64,000 nucleotides of DNA from Candidatus Saccharimonadota bacterium (GCA_046350735.1 JAXLZU010000001.1:574297-638296), one strand, 5' to 3'; counted from the first letter of the stretch, positions 18,991 to 28,198 are shown. The notes: generated by a model from the letters alone, not told the origin. Translations and numbers: made by a program.

Positions 18991-19829
18991 AACGTTTTTG
19001 CTTCCAAGAATCTTTTTTTAGACAAATCTAAATATTCTTTTTCTGTATCAATCCCAATAAATTTCCTATTGTACTTATTTGCAACTATCCCTGTAGTAGA
19101 GCTTCCCGTAAATGGATCTAATATTAAATCATTTTCATTACTTGAAGCTAAAATAATTCGCTCCAAAAGCGCTATTGGTTTTTGGGTTGGGTGTTTACCA
19201 AACTTCTTTTCGCTTGGCCCCGGTGTAGTAATTGACCAAACACTACGCATCTGTTTATCAGGCTTCTTTATAAAATCATTGTCATGCCAATTTCCATGTT
19301 TCATATCTTTATAATTGTAAGTATGTTTACCATTAGGATCTTTTCTTGCCCATAATAAAGTTTCATGACTAGCAGTAAAATACCTACCACTTAAGTTGGG
19401 TGCAGCATTCGGTTTAAACCATGTTATATCATTTAAAATTTTATATCCAATTGTCTGAATTGCATAACCACATTGATAAATTGAGTGATAAGTACCACTC
19501 ACCCATATTGACCCGTTTGGCTTTAAAACTCTATAGCATTCAGTAAGCCACTTAAAGTGGAACTTAAAATCCTCAACTACACCATTGCTTTTATCCCAAT
19601 TACCCTTATTTACACTTACCCTTTTACCCGCATGCACTGTAAATCCGCCATTAGAAAGATTGTATGGAGGATCCGCAAAAATCATATCAATTGAATCAGA
19701 TTTTAAGTTTCGCAGAAACAACAGTGAATCAGCATTGTGTAGCTCGAAAAAACCGTCTTTAAAATACGCTTTCTTGAAAGTTTTATGAAACTTAGAATCT
19801 TTTTTTGATGTTAACTCTTTTATATTCAC
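18987..19829 (-). CDS. N6/N4 DNA methyltransferase, beta class (DpnA-like)
   Basis: IFADPPYNLSNGG, SVNKGNWD, HPTQKP, DPFTGSSTTG. Confidence 0.92.
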   Translation of the reverse strand: MNIKELTSKKDSKFHKTFKKAYFKDGFFELHNADSLLFLRNLKSDSIDMIFADPPYNLSNGGFTVHAGKRVSVNKGNWDKSNGVVEDFKFHFKWLTECYRVLKPNGSIWVSGTYHSIYQCGYAIQTIGYKILNDITWFKPNAAPNLSGRYFTASHETLLWARKDPNGKHTYNYKDMKHGNWHDNDFIKKPDKQMRSVWSITTPGPSEKKFGKHPTQKPIALLERIILASSNENDLILDPFTGSSTTGIVANKYNRKFIGIDTEKEYLDLSKKRFLEAKTL

Positions 19830-19940
19830 TATTGCCTACCACCTTCCATTGATTCACTTAGATAATTGATTATACATCCTCTTTATTCAATTATATACCG
19901 AACACTATACGAATACAAGAAACCTCGTTCGATATTATAA

Positions 19941-20453
19941 TTATTCAATATCGAAAAGTAAGTTTTGAACATCACTATAGTCCAAAAAAGACATTATGGC
20001 GTTTTCTTCTTTGAAGATGGTAGTATTACGAACTATTTCCGATACATCTTCTAACATTAGTAACACTGAATTAACATCGCCTCTGAGAGAATGAAAGGTG
20101 GCTAATGATAAGTTATTTCCAATATGTGCAATAACAAGATGTCTCCAGTCTTTAATGTTTTTTAAGGTCTGCTGATGTTTGTCTATGATAACCCTTAAAT
20201 TACTTATTAGTTCATCCTTTTCTTGGTATTTTTTTGTTTCATTGAGGTATTTCTCTATATTATATTGAGACTTATCCCATATCTTATAGGCGTTAATATA
20301 CATTGTTGTTATAGTACAATTTGAAAGGGGATTTGATAATTTATTCTTTGGATTTGAATTTATCACTTTTGCAATTTTTGCGGCGTTTGTTGCAAAAATA
20401 ATGCTAGAGTAAAAAAGCGTATGCCTGTTTTTTCTATCTTCAACGCTCATCAT
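19941..20453 (-). CDS. Putative HEPN (AbiU2-like) protein
   Basis: Helical protein with IKDWRHLVIAH (R-x5-H); AT-rich; next to the RM genes. Confidence 0.55.
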   Translation of the reverse strand: MMSVEDRKNRHTLFYSSIIFATNAAKIAKVINSNPKNKLSNPLSNCTITTMYINAYKIWDKSQYNIEKYLNETKKYQEKDELISNLRVIIDKHQQTLKNIKDWRHLVIAHIGNNLSLATFHSLRGDVNSVLLMLEDVSEIVRNTTIFKEENAIMSFLDYSDVQNLLFDIE

Positions 20454-20559
20454 TGTTTACTAAGGACCCTTACTTACCTGTATTATAATTTAATGTTTAT
20501 GAAAATATGATTCTAGATACCAATTTTATGATCATTTATGCTTCATAGTAAATTAATAT

Positions 20560-20585
20560 AAAAAAAGACGGCTATTACACCGTCT
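20560..20585 (-). terminator. Intrinsic terminator of cassette 20612-20992
   Basis: agacgg/ccgtct stem plus T-tract on the minus strand. Confidence 0.7.
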
Positions 20586-20611
20586 AAAACTTTCATCTGT
20601 TACTGCTCTAG

Positions 20612-20992
20612 CTAAGCGTTGCTGGCATCTTGGCTCTCCTCTACCTCTTTGATGGTGCTGCTGCTAATAGCTAACTCGTACTCGCTGCCGTCAGTAGCAA
20701 TTACTCTAATACTATCTTCGCGACTTTGATACGTCTCGTTAAAGTAATAAAACACTGCGGTTACAAGTACCGGCTCGTGGTTAAGAAATTTGCGTCTACC
20801 AAAATCGGAATGAATAGTACCGCCAGAAATTGGCGAAGCACTGCCACTAATTCGTATGCGTCTACCTACCAAATACTTCTTAACTGCCTCGTCGGCCTTG
20901 TTGGCAGCTTCTTTGGCTGCGCGGGCTTGGCGCCAGGCTTCTTCGGCAGATTTAATAAGATCTTTAGCAGTTGGTGTAGTAGTAGTTGTCAT
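20612..20992 (-). CDS. Hypothetical ORFan (GTACC-leader cassette)
   Basis: 126 aa with N-terminal Ala-rich helix; own promoter, SD and terminator. Confidence 0.75.
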   Translation of the reverse strand: MTTTTTPTAKDLIKSAEEAWRQARAAKEAANKADEAVKKYLVGRRIRISGSASPISGGTIHSDFGRRKFLNHEPVLVTAVFYYFNETYQSREDSIRVIATDGSEYELAISSSTIKEVEESQDASNA

Positions 20993-21001
20993 TGCCTACT
21001 G

Positions 21002-21066
21002 CCTCGCTTGGGGCTAGAAGGTACATGGAACTACCAGATTATACAACCCTACTAGAATAAGTACAA
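21002..21066 (-). promoter_or_regulatory. Sigma70 promoter + GTACCTTC motif + SD
   Basis: TTGTAC-17-TATAAT, 13 nt, GTACCTTC (21017-21024), GAGG. Confidence 0.75.
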
Positions 21067-21105
21067 ATACCGGTGTGGCAGAACGTGCAGAGTAGCAATC
21101 TAGTG

Positions 21106-21912
21106 TTATGCTTCTGGCGGGTTTTCGAAGCCCTCTACCAAGAATTGGTTTTTGCCCAATTGCTTGGCCCTGTACATTAACTTGTCGGCGTGGTTTTGTA
21201 AGTCTGCGCTGCTCATACCTTCTCTAAAATGTACAAACCCAATACTGAGTTCTATTTTTCTCACCCCATTATGACTGCCTAAGGCGGGTACCAAGCGGCC
21301 GTCTTCTGCTACCCCTACCCCATTTACCGTCTCTAGAATGGTCTCGGCAATATCTATGACGCGTGCTTGGTTGGCACCATCGATACCCACCAAAAACTCA
21401 TCTCCACTTCGGCGCGCAGCAATATCTTGGTTTTCTCTAACAACGCGCTCTATAAGCTTGGCAATAAATTTTAGTACTTCGTCGCCAACATTATGGCCAT
21501 ATCTGTCATTAATCTGCTTAAAGCCGTCCATGTCTATAAACCCAATAGATAGTTCTTGAGGGCGTTGCTTAATTTTTTGCTCTAACCAGTTATCGAAGCT
21601 TTCTTTATTGGCCAGGCCCGTAAGGCCATCTACTGTGCTATTATGCTGGGCTTCGTTACCTTTATTCTTTTCGGCGTGCAGCTGCAAATGCGACTCTACT
21701 AACTTAGATTGTAATTCTTCTAGGGTATGCTCTAGCCAGGCAGCATCGGTCTCGGCGGCAATTTGTTCTTTGCTGGGCTCTAGCACGCGCCAAGAATGTT
21801 CGTTTTGTGCCTCAATAACTTCGTCTTTGGTAAGTGGCTTTGGTTGGCGCTCTAGCTGAATGCCCTGCATGTCTTGGGGCGATAAGCGCAAGCTGTCGTT
21901 AAATTCGCTCAT
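21106..21912 (-). CDS. GGDEF-domain diguanylate cyclase (SGDEF variant)
   Basis: DGLTGLAN, DMDGFKQINDRYGHNVGD, RRSGDEF, ADKLMYRAKQLGKN. Confidence 0.92.
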   Translation of the reverse strand: MSEFNDSLRLSPQDMQGIQLERQPKPLTKDEVIEAQNEHSWRVLEPSKEQIAAETDAAWLEHTLEELQSKLVESHLQLHAEKNKGNEAQHNSTVDGLTGLANKESFDNWLEQKIKQRPQELSIGFIDMDGFKQINDRYGHNVGDEVLKFIAKLIERVVRENQDIAARRSGDEFLVGIDGANQARVIDIAETILETVNGVGVAEDGRLVPALGSHNGVRKIELSIGFVHFREGMSSADLQNHADKLMYRAKQLGKNQFLVEGFENPPEA

Positions 21913-21963
21913 AGTACTTATACTAGCGGGTTTTATATATAAACTCTAGCTCTGTTAATATAT

Positions 21964-21992
21964 AAAAAACGACTCTTAAGTATAAGAGTCGT
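21964..21992 (-). terminator. Intrinsic terminator of the cdsA cassette
   Basis: acgactctta-agta-taagagtcgt perfect 10-bp stem plus T-tract. Confidence 0.85.
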
Positions 21993-21996
21993 AAAA

Positions 21997-22683
21997 CTAA
22001 CTGGGTACGAGTACCCACAGAATAATTACTGCCACTGGTGCGGCTGCCAGTAGACCGTCGTTGCGGTCTAGCATGCCGCCATGGTCGCGCAGTAACAAGC
22101 TAGAATCTTTTACGTCGGCTTGGCGCTTTAGCCAGCTCTCGAGCAAGTCGCCCGCCATACCAACAATAGCTAGACATAACGCCAGGCAATAGAGCACGCC
22201 CGGGCTAATGCCAAAACGAAAGGGCAGCATAATGCTTGTCCAGAGTGCTGCTCCTAGCAAGCCAGTAAACACACCCTCCCAGGTTTTACCGGGCGATATG
22301 CGCACGGCTAACTTGTGTCCACCAGTTAGCTTGCTGAGAGCCTTGCCACCATAAAAGGCACCAACATCACTTACAAACACGGTACCTATTAGCCAGACGA
22401 GTGCAGATTTGCCGGCGATAATTTCTACCAAGATAATACAAGATGGAAAAAGCATTATCAGCACCCATTCTATGGCCCATGGAAGCCGTTTGGTGTTATG
22501 TGCTCTCTCACTAGCTCTATCTACCAGGTGTGTAAGCTCGCTTGCAACGATACCAATAATGCCAACCAAACAGATTAGTGCAAGTGGCCATGGCAAAATA
22601 ACAATAACTACCACACCCAACACAATCCATAGTGCCGGCACTATTCGTGTAGAAAAGTGGCCCGCCTCTACGCTGACCGCCAT
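21997..22683 (-). CDS. cdsA: Phosphatidate cytidylyltransferase (GTACC-leader cassette)
   Basis: SDVGAFYGG, ISPGKTWEG, GDLLESWLKRQADVKDSS..L.DHGGMLDR.D; leader TACACT-13-GTACCTAG...GAAAGGGG. Confidence 0.88.
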   Translation of the reverse strand: MAVSVEAGHFSTRIVPALWIVLGVVVIVILPWPLALICLVGIIGIVASELTHLVDRASERAHNTKRLPWAIEWVLIMLFPSCIILVEIIAGKSALVWLIGTVFVSDVGAFYGGKALSKLTGGHKLAVRISPGKTWEGVFTGLLGAALWTSIMLPFRFGISPGVLYCLALCLAIVGMAGDLLESWLKRQADVKDSSLLLRDHGGMLDRNDGLLAAAPVAVIILWVLVPS

Positions 22684-22786
22684 ACTCACCCCTTTCTTGG
22701 TGGGTTTTCTAGGTACAAATCTTGCACTGAGTGTAGCAAAAACACAATCAAAAAGCGATACTAAGCAACAAACATTTGTGTAATAT

Positions 22787-22813
22787 AAAACCCTCAGCGA
22801 TGCCGCTGAGGGT
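22787..22813 (-). terminator. Intrinsic terminator
   Basis: accctcagcg-atgc-cgctgagggt plus T4 on the minus strand; overlaps the stop codon. Confidence 0.85.
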
Positions 22814-23855
22814 GAACATTTTTAGGAAAACGTTTTGGTGTGGCTCTTACGAGACCGGTCTGAGTACAATCGCCAGACTGAGGCCATGTTTGGTTACCAA
22901 ACCCATCAATCTCACAAATGTAATGCTGGTGCTTAGTACAAACAGGAATGTAATATTCCCACTCATTAGGGCTACTGAAGAAGTAGCGACGCATAGCTAC
23001 TGCGGGCTCGCCACACAGCCGGCACTTCTGGCCATCTGGGCTATTTTGGAAGTAGTGTCTAGTTTGGCGCATCTTTACGATCTCTTCAGTAATGCCTTCT
23101 GCCCCATCGTGCATGGCATTAACACACAGTGCAGAGATCAAACCAATCAGCGCAAGTAAGTTAATCTGAAAATTATTACGATTAGCAAGAAACAAAATCA
23201 AACCGATAGTCAGGCTCAAGCCGGCACCGACCCATAGCGGCCCACTGCCCTCTGTAGGCCGGGTCTCTATGCTATGTGTATTAGCGCGGTAAACAACTAC
23301 TAGCCAACACAAAACAGATGTAGCCATGCCGATCAGTGAGAGCGACGGCTCGATACTATCTTTTGCCAAAAATAGCAGAAAACTGTAAATCAACCCGGTA
23401 AGAAAAGTCATACCTGCAATCTTAATGCCAACACCAATCCAGAAGCCTACATGGCTAGGTTCGCGCCCGTCAAGCACGAGATACTTAACAGGCTTGTACT
23501 TTGGTTTGGGCGGTTCTGGTGTTTTCTTCGCCTGCACAGAAGTTGACTGCGAAACTTGCTTGATGACAGTACTGGACGTGAATGGTCGAGTGGTCGTCAC
23601 AGGAGTAGATGGCGTAACTGGTACTGGTGCAGTTCGATACGCGGTCTGAGCCCGATAAGCCATCTCGCGATCGTGCGCCAAGGCGGCGTCGCGAGCACTC
23701 TCGTACTCGGCTCGAGTTTGAAAACTCATAGGATCAACACCTGGTGCCTGCATGGGCATGTCGCCCCTGGGGTTCAATGGCTGATCCCACTGATGAATAT
23801 ATGTGGCGGGGTCTCGCCCCGGATTCGGCTCATACATTCGAGGGTCGTAAGGCAT
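22794..23855 (-). CDS. Hypothetical membrane protein: Pro-rich N-terminus, about 4 TM, C-terminal Cys/His (Zn-binding-like) region
   Basis: CRLC...CTKH motifs; promoter TTGTTC-17-TATAGT, leader AACCCTTC-atc-GAAAGG. Confidence 0.75.
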   Translation of the reverse strand: MPYDPRMYEPNPGRDPATYIHQWDQPLNPRGDMPMQAPGVDPMSFQTRAEYESARDAALAHDREMAYRAQTAYRTAPVPVTPSTPVTTTRPFTSSTVIKQVSQSTSVQAKKTPEPPKPKYKPVKYLVLDGREPSHVGFWIGVGIKIAGMTFLTGLIYSFLLFLAKDSIEPSLSLIGMATSVLCWLVVVYRANTHSIETRPTEGSGPLWVGAGLSLTIGLILFLANRNNFQINLLALIGLISALCVNAMHDGAEGITEEIVKMRQTRHYFQNSPDGQKCRLCGEPAVAMRRYFFSSPNEWEYYIPVCTKHQHYICEIDGFGNQTWPQSGDCTQTGLVRATPKRFPKNVHPQRHR

Positions 23856-23995
23856 CTTTGGGCCTTTCGATGAAGGGTTAAGGAGCGAAACAATTGCTTG
23901 TTTGGTGACTACTATACCACTTTATTATTAAAAGAACAATTATCTTACATCTGCTATACAGGCACAGATAGCTTAAACGGCTACCATGAATTGCA

Positions 23996-24481
23996 CTAGA
24001 TCTTCGAGATATACCAATCGTAAATTCTGTGCTTTGGCCTCGCTAGTGGCTTTACGAGAATTGTTGTAATGCCTGCTCTATTTGCAGCCACAATATCATT
24101 AAGAATTCTATCGCCTATCATTACAACATTCTCTGGTTTAGCCCCGATAGTCTGTAACAATCGTTGATAGAAGTGTTTTCTGGGCTTAAACGATACTATT
24201 GTCGCTTGAATAGTTTGGCAACCAATCTTTTTTGCAATCTTAGAAATATCGCGTCTTGTATTGCTACCAATATATACTTTCAATCCTTGTTTTTGCATAG
24301 ATTTTATATGCTGCATAAATTGAGGCGATACAGTATTGGTTTTTCTTGGCAGTAGTGTTTCGTCGAGATCAAAAACAACATAGAGTATTCCTGCTTGTTG
24401 TAGTGCTACACCGTCTATTTCTCGTAACGATTGAGCAGTATAGTCAGGAAAAAAGGGTGAGTTTTTGTTAACTTTTTGCAT
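23996..24481 (-). CDS. YqeG-like HAD IIIA phosphatase
   Basis: FDLDETL, SN, KP, MIGDRILNDIVAANRAG. Confidence 0.88.
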   Translation of the reverse strand: MQKVNKNSPFFPDYTAQSLREIDGVALQQAGILYVVFDLDETLLPRKTNTVSPQFMQHIKSMQKQGLKVYIGSNTRRDISKIAKKIGCQTIQATIVSFKPRKHFYQRLLQTIGAKPENVVMIGDRILNDIVAANRAGITTILVKPLARPKHRIYDWYISKI

Positions 24482-24542
24482 ATACTATTCAAATACAATC
24501 ACTACATGCTACATTGTGCTGTAAGTAACCTTGCTAGGTAAT

Positions 24543-24737
24543 TTACACTCGCTCTGCAGGGCGAATAACGTAGGCAACAATTAAGGCTGCAGGGAAGAAT
24601 ATAAGGCTAAAAATAAAGAACCAAAAGAAGCTATGACCTTTACGAGCCGCAACTCGGCTTGGCCAAAAAGCAATGGCTATCCAGATAATTAAACCAATAA
24701 ACCACCAAACAAAACCTATTACACTATTAGGAAACAT
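24543..24737 (-). CDS. Small membrane protein
   Basis: Two hydrophobic segments, VAARKGHSFFWFF; SD AGAAAGGA. Confidence 0.75.
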   Translation of the reverse strand: MFPNSVIGFVWWFIGLIIWIAIAFWPSRVAARKGHSFFWFFIFSLIFFPAALIVAYVIRPAERV

Positions 24738-24827
24738 CGTAAATCCTTTCTTTATAAAATGTAGTATACCATTAAATGTAGAGTCTTTGTTCTATGAGTA
24801 TCATTGCTATGCTAAAATACTAAGACA

Positions 24828-25544
24828 ATGATAACGGTAAAAGATGTAACGAAAACCTATGGCAAGGGCGAGAGCTTATTTACTGCACTCTATAATGTGA
24901 GTGCTGAAATACCTACAGGCTCCACAGTAGCAATTGTCGGCAAAAGTGGTTCTGGTAAATCTACTCTAATGCACATAATGAGTGGGCTCGACCATGCCAG
25001 CTCTGGTGATGTAGTAGTGAATGGCACAAGCCTTGTAGGAATGAAGCCTAAGCAGATTGATAAATTCCGTTCTAGCGAAATGAGCTTTATCTTTCAGGCA
25101 TTCTTTGTTGAGGCCAACCAAACATGTTTTCAGAATGTAATGTTGCCTCTCGAGATAGCTAAAGTAGCTAGACGCGATCGTAAAAAACATGTACTTGAGG
25201 CACTAAAGGCCGTGGGGCTCGAAGACAAAGCCGGTAGTCTTGCCAATAACCTCAGTGGTGGACAAAAACAGCGCTTAGCTATTGCTCGAGCAATTGTAAA
25301 CAAACCCAAACTATTATTTGCCGATGAGCCTACCGGTAATCTCGATAGCTCTACTGGAGAAGTAGTAATAGACTTACTCTTTGGGCTTAATAAAGAGCGA
25401 GGCATTACCCTTGTAGTTGTAACGCACGATCAGGAGCTAGCCGATAAGTGTGATATTCAGTTACATATGAAAGATGGCGAGATACTAGAAATACTAAAAA
25501 AGCGGGCCTATAAAAAAATGTCTGCAAAAAAGAGGATGACGTAA
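24828..25544 (+). CDS. ABC ATPase, LolD/MacB-like
   Basis: GKSGSGKST, LSGGQKQR, ADEPTGNLD, VTHD. Confidence 0.95.
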   Translation: MITVKDVTKTYGKGESLFTALYNVSAEIPTGSTVAIVGKSGSGKSTLMHIMSGLDHASSGDVVVNGTSLVGMKPKQIDKFRSSEMSFIFQAFFVEANQTCFQNVMLPLEIAKVARRDRKKHVLEALKAVGLEDKAGSLANNLSGGQKQRLAIARAIVNKPKLLFADEPTGNLDSSTGEVVIDLLFGLNKERGITLVVVTHDQELADKCDIQLHMKDGEILEILKKRAYKKMSAKKRMT

Positions 25545-26888
25545 ATGTATTTAACCGATCTAATACGACGAGCAGCCCGAAGTCTGCGTAGCGCTAAGGC
25601 ACGTACCTTACTTACCGCTCTAGCTATTGCAGTAGGCGCATTTGCACTAACTCTTACTCTTGCTGCAAGCAATGGGGCCCAAAAGTATGTACAAAAAATT
25701 ATTAGCGATAATTTTGACCCTGCAGAACTTATAGTGGCAAATGACAGCGCAGTGCTTGGACAGTCTGATACCACTAAGCCAAAGGAATACGATGTAAGTA
25801 TAGGTACTGCTACCTCTAATGCCGGGGCATCTACGCAAATAAAGCGCATTACCGATGATGATATTGCAAGAATTCGTGCTATTTCTGGTGTAGAACAAAT
25901 TAGACAAAATATTACAGTAAATTTGCAATACATTACCCGCCCTGGACAAAAGAAATACGTCGGAACAATTGCGGCAGTAAACCCTTTTCAGAAGCCAGAG
26001 TTATTAGCTGGCAAGATAGAAAATCCCCTTGGCTCTAAGCAGCTATTGCTACCTGAGGGATATTTAGATAGTCTTGGTTTTGATTCTGCGCAAAACGCAA
26101 TTGGTAAGACCGTAACAATTTCTGTGGTAGAGCCAGCCACCCAACAAGGTGTGGCTACATTCGGACAAGTACCAACTGTCGCTCAAAATTCTGTACAACA
26201 AGAATACCAGATAGCTGCAGTACTCAAAAAACCAACTACTTCTCAGCCTGGCACTGAATTATATATGTATACTAGTGCTGCCGATGCACAAGCCCTAAGT
26301 GATATAACTACTGCCGGTACAGCCGACTATCATAAGTATGCCTACATTAACGTACGTATAAAAAATGGCGAAGATGCCGCAACGCTAAAAGAAGCTCAAG
26401 AAAAAATAAAAGCACTTGGCTATACTGCGCAAAGTGTAAAAGACACCCAAGAATTTTTAAACCAAATAATAGCCGTGTTACAAGGTATTGTTATTGGTTT
26501 TGCACTCATTGCTATTGTTGCCTCTGTGTTTGGCATTATTAATACTATGTATATTAGCGTTATTCAGCGTACCCGTGAGATTGGTCTTATGAAAGCCCTG
26601 GGAATGCGCAAGCGTGATATAGGTCGTCTCTTTCGATTTGAAGCCGCATGGATTGGCATTTTAGGAGGGTTAATTGGTGCTGGTACTGCAATTATCTTGG
26701 GTACAGCAATTAACCCTTGGCTTACCACAAAACTCAGTCTTGGCAACGGAAACAAATTACTTATTTTTGACCCATTACAAGTAGGAATTTTGCTTCTTAT
26801 TCTTATGGTTATATCGATTTTTGCTGGATGGTTGCCATCGCGTAAAGCTGCCAAACTCGACCCTATAGAAGCTCTACGAACTGAGTAG
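25545..26888 (+). CDS. ABC permease, MacB/FtsX type
   Basis: RTLLTALAIAVG, RTREIGLMKALG, PSRKAAKLDPIEALRTE. Confidence 0.93.
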   Translation: MYLTDLIRRAARSLRSAKARTLLTALAIAVGAFALTLTLAASNGAQKYVQKIISDNFDPAELIVANDSAVLGQSDTTKPKEYDVSIGTATSNAGASTQIKRITDDDIARIRAISGVEQIRQNITVNLQYITRPGQKKYVGTIAAVNPFQKPELLAGKIENPLGSKQLLLPEGYLDSLGFDSAQNAIGKTVTISVVEPATQQGVATFGQVPTVAQNSVQQEYQIAAVLKKPTTSQPGTELYMYTSAADAQALSDITTAGTADYHKYAYINVRIKNGEDAATLKEAQEKIKALGYTAQSVKDTQEFLNQIIAVLQGIVIGFALIAIVASVFGIINTMYISVIQRTREIGLMKALGMRKRDIGRLFRFEAAWIGILGGLIGAGTAIILGTAINPWLTTKLSLGNGNKLLIFDPLQVGILLLILMVISIFAGWLPSRKAAKLDPIEALRTE

Positions 26889-26946
26889 TATCTGTTTTTA
26901 AGTAAAGAATATGTAAACAGCCTACTTTGGGTGTATAATAGCCATT

Positions 26947-27021
26947 ATGATTCAATTTTTGCAATCTTCTGTAACTAAATATTCTTACCGCGCTTACGGC
27001 GGTATATTTTGTTATCGATAA
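26947..27021 (+). CDS. Tyr/Phe-rich leader peptide MIQFLQSSVTKYSYRAYGGIFCYR
   Basis: Hand translation: 24 aa with 4 Tyr and 2 Phe; ATG 7 nt after TATAAT (26934-26939); directly upstream of CM-PDH. Confidence 0.8.
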   Translation: MIQFLQSSVTKYSYRAYGGIFCYR

Positions 27022-27072
27022 TCTATTACTAATCAATGCACAAACCTACCGCCTTAAAAGGCGGTTTTTTTT
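26986..27072 (+). promoter_or_regulatory. Transcription attenuator (1:2 / 2:3 / 3:4)
   Basis: seg1 taccgc 26986, seg2 ggcggta 26998, seg3 taccgcc 27047, terminator accgcct-taaa-aggcggt-T7 at 27048-27072. Confidence 0.8.
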
Positions 27073-27096
27073 AATTAACATGCAGGAAATAATAAT

Positions 27097-28113
27097 ATGA
27101 ACAATCAACTTAATCAGTTACGCACAGAAATAGACACAATAGATAGTCAGCTTCTAGAGCTACTCAGCAGAAGGTTTGCTGTTACTCGTAAAGTAGGACA
27201 GCTTAAGACGCAGTCTAAGCTACCTACAGTAGACCCAAATAGAGAGAATCAACAGATGCAGCGTATAGCTCAATTAGCTCAAAGAGAAAATATTAACCCA
27301 CAGCTCGCTCAAAATATACTGCGCACTATTATAGACGAGGTGGTAATAGAGCATCAGGCAATTCAATCATCTTACTCGGCTAGTAAGATTACCGCCCCCA
27401 CTATCGGTATTATTGGCCTTGGCGACTTTGGTATGTTTATCGCAAAAACCCTAGCCAAGTATGCCCGGGTAAGCTGTTTTGATAGCCAAGACAGCAAAAC
27501 AGGAGCATCTAACTATGGCGCCAGCCTAAAAGCCGTATTACAGGCTGAATACATTATTCTTGCGGTACCGTTTGAGGCGCTTAATTCTACATTACTTTCT
27601 ATAAAGTCATACCTCAAACCAACAAGCACAATAATTGACGTATGTTCGGTAAAAATACACAGCGAGAAGGCTATAAGAAAAATACTTCCAAATCACAAGA
27701 ATGTAGTATTTACTCACCCGTTATTTGGTCCACAATCAGCTAACAAACAACTTGCCGGGCATACAATTGTTTGTACTAACTCAAATACCGCTGCCAGCAA
27801 AAAGGTGCTTAGCTTCTGTCGTTCTGTGCTGGGTCTACGTATTGTAGCTATGAGTGCAAGAGAACACGATATGGCAATGGCCGAGATTCATGCCCTAACT
27901 TTCTTTGTTGCACGTGGCCTGCATATGACGGGCATTACTAAGGGAGAGTTTCAAACTCCATCGTTTCAGATGTTGTTAGACCTAATAGCGCTTGATACGT
28001 CACAAAGCGAAGAGCTCTTTCGCACTGTCGAGCTAGCGAATCCTTTTGCCGCAGGGGTACGTAATACATTTCTTACACAACTACACAGCCTAAACACCAA
28101 ACTAAATGCATAA
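27097..28113 (+). CDS. tyrA: Chorismate mutase-prephenate dehydrogenase fusion (T-protein-like)
   Basis: LRTEIDTIDSQLLELLSRRF (AroQ); GIIGLGDFG, DVCSVK, THPLFGP, EHD.AMA. Confidence 0.88.
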   Translation: MNNQLNQLRTEIDTIDSQLLELLSRRFAVTRKVGQLKTQSKLPTVDPNRENQQMQRIAQLAQRENINPQLAQNILRTIIDEVVIEHQAIQSSYSASKITAPTIGIIGLGDFGMFIAKTLAKYARVSCFDSQDSKTGASNYGASLKAVLQAEYIILAVPFEALNSTLLSIKSYLKPTSTIIDVCSVKIHSEKAIRKILPNHKNVVFTHPLFGPQSANKQLAGHTIVCTNSNTAASKKVLSFCRSVLGLRIVAMSAREHDMAMAEIHALTFFVARGLHMTGITKGEFQTPSFQMLLDLIALDTSQSEELFRTVELANPFAAGVRNTFLTQLHSLNTKLNA

Positions 28114-28120
28114 TTGTTTG

Positions 28121-28154
28121 TAAATGAAGACCCCACCAACTGTTGTTGGTGGGG
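28121..28154 (-). terminator. Hairpin terminator of the high-GC cassette
   Basis: ccccaccaac-tgtt-gttggtgggg followed by TCTTCATTT on the minus strand. Confidence 0.7.
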
Positions 28155-28198
28155 CTGGCGGCAGATTTTGCCGCAAGGGTGATCTGCCGCAAGGCTGA

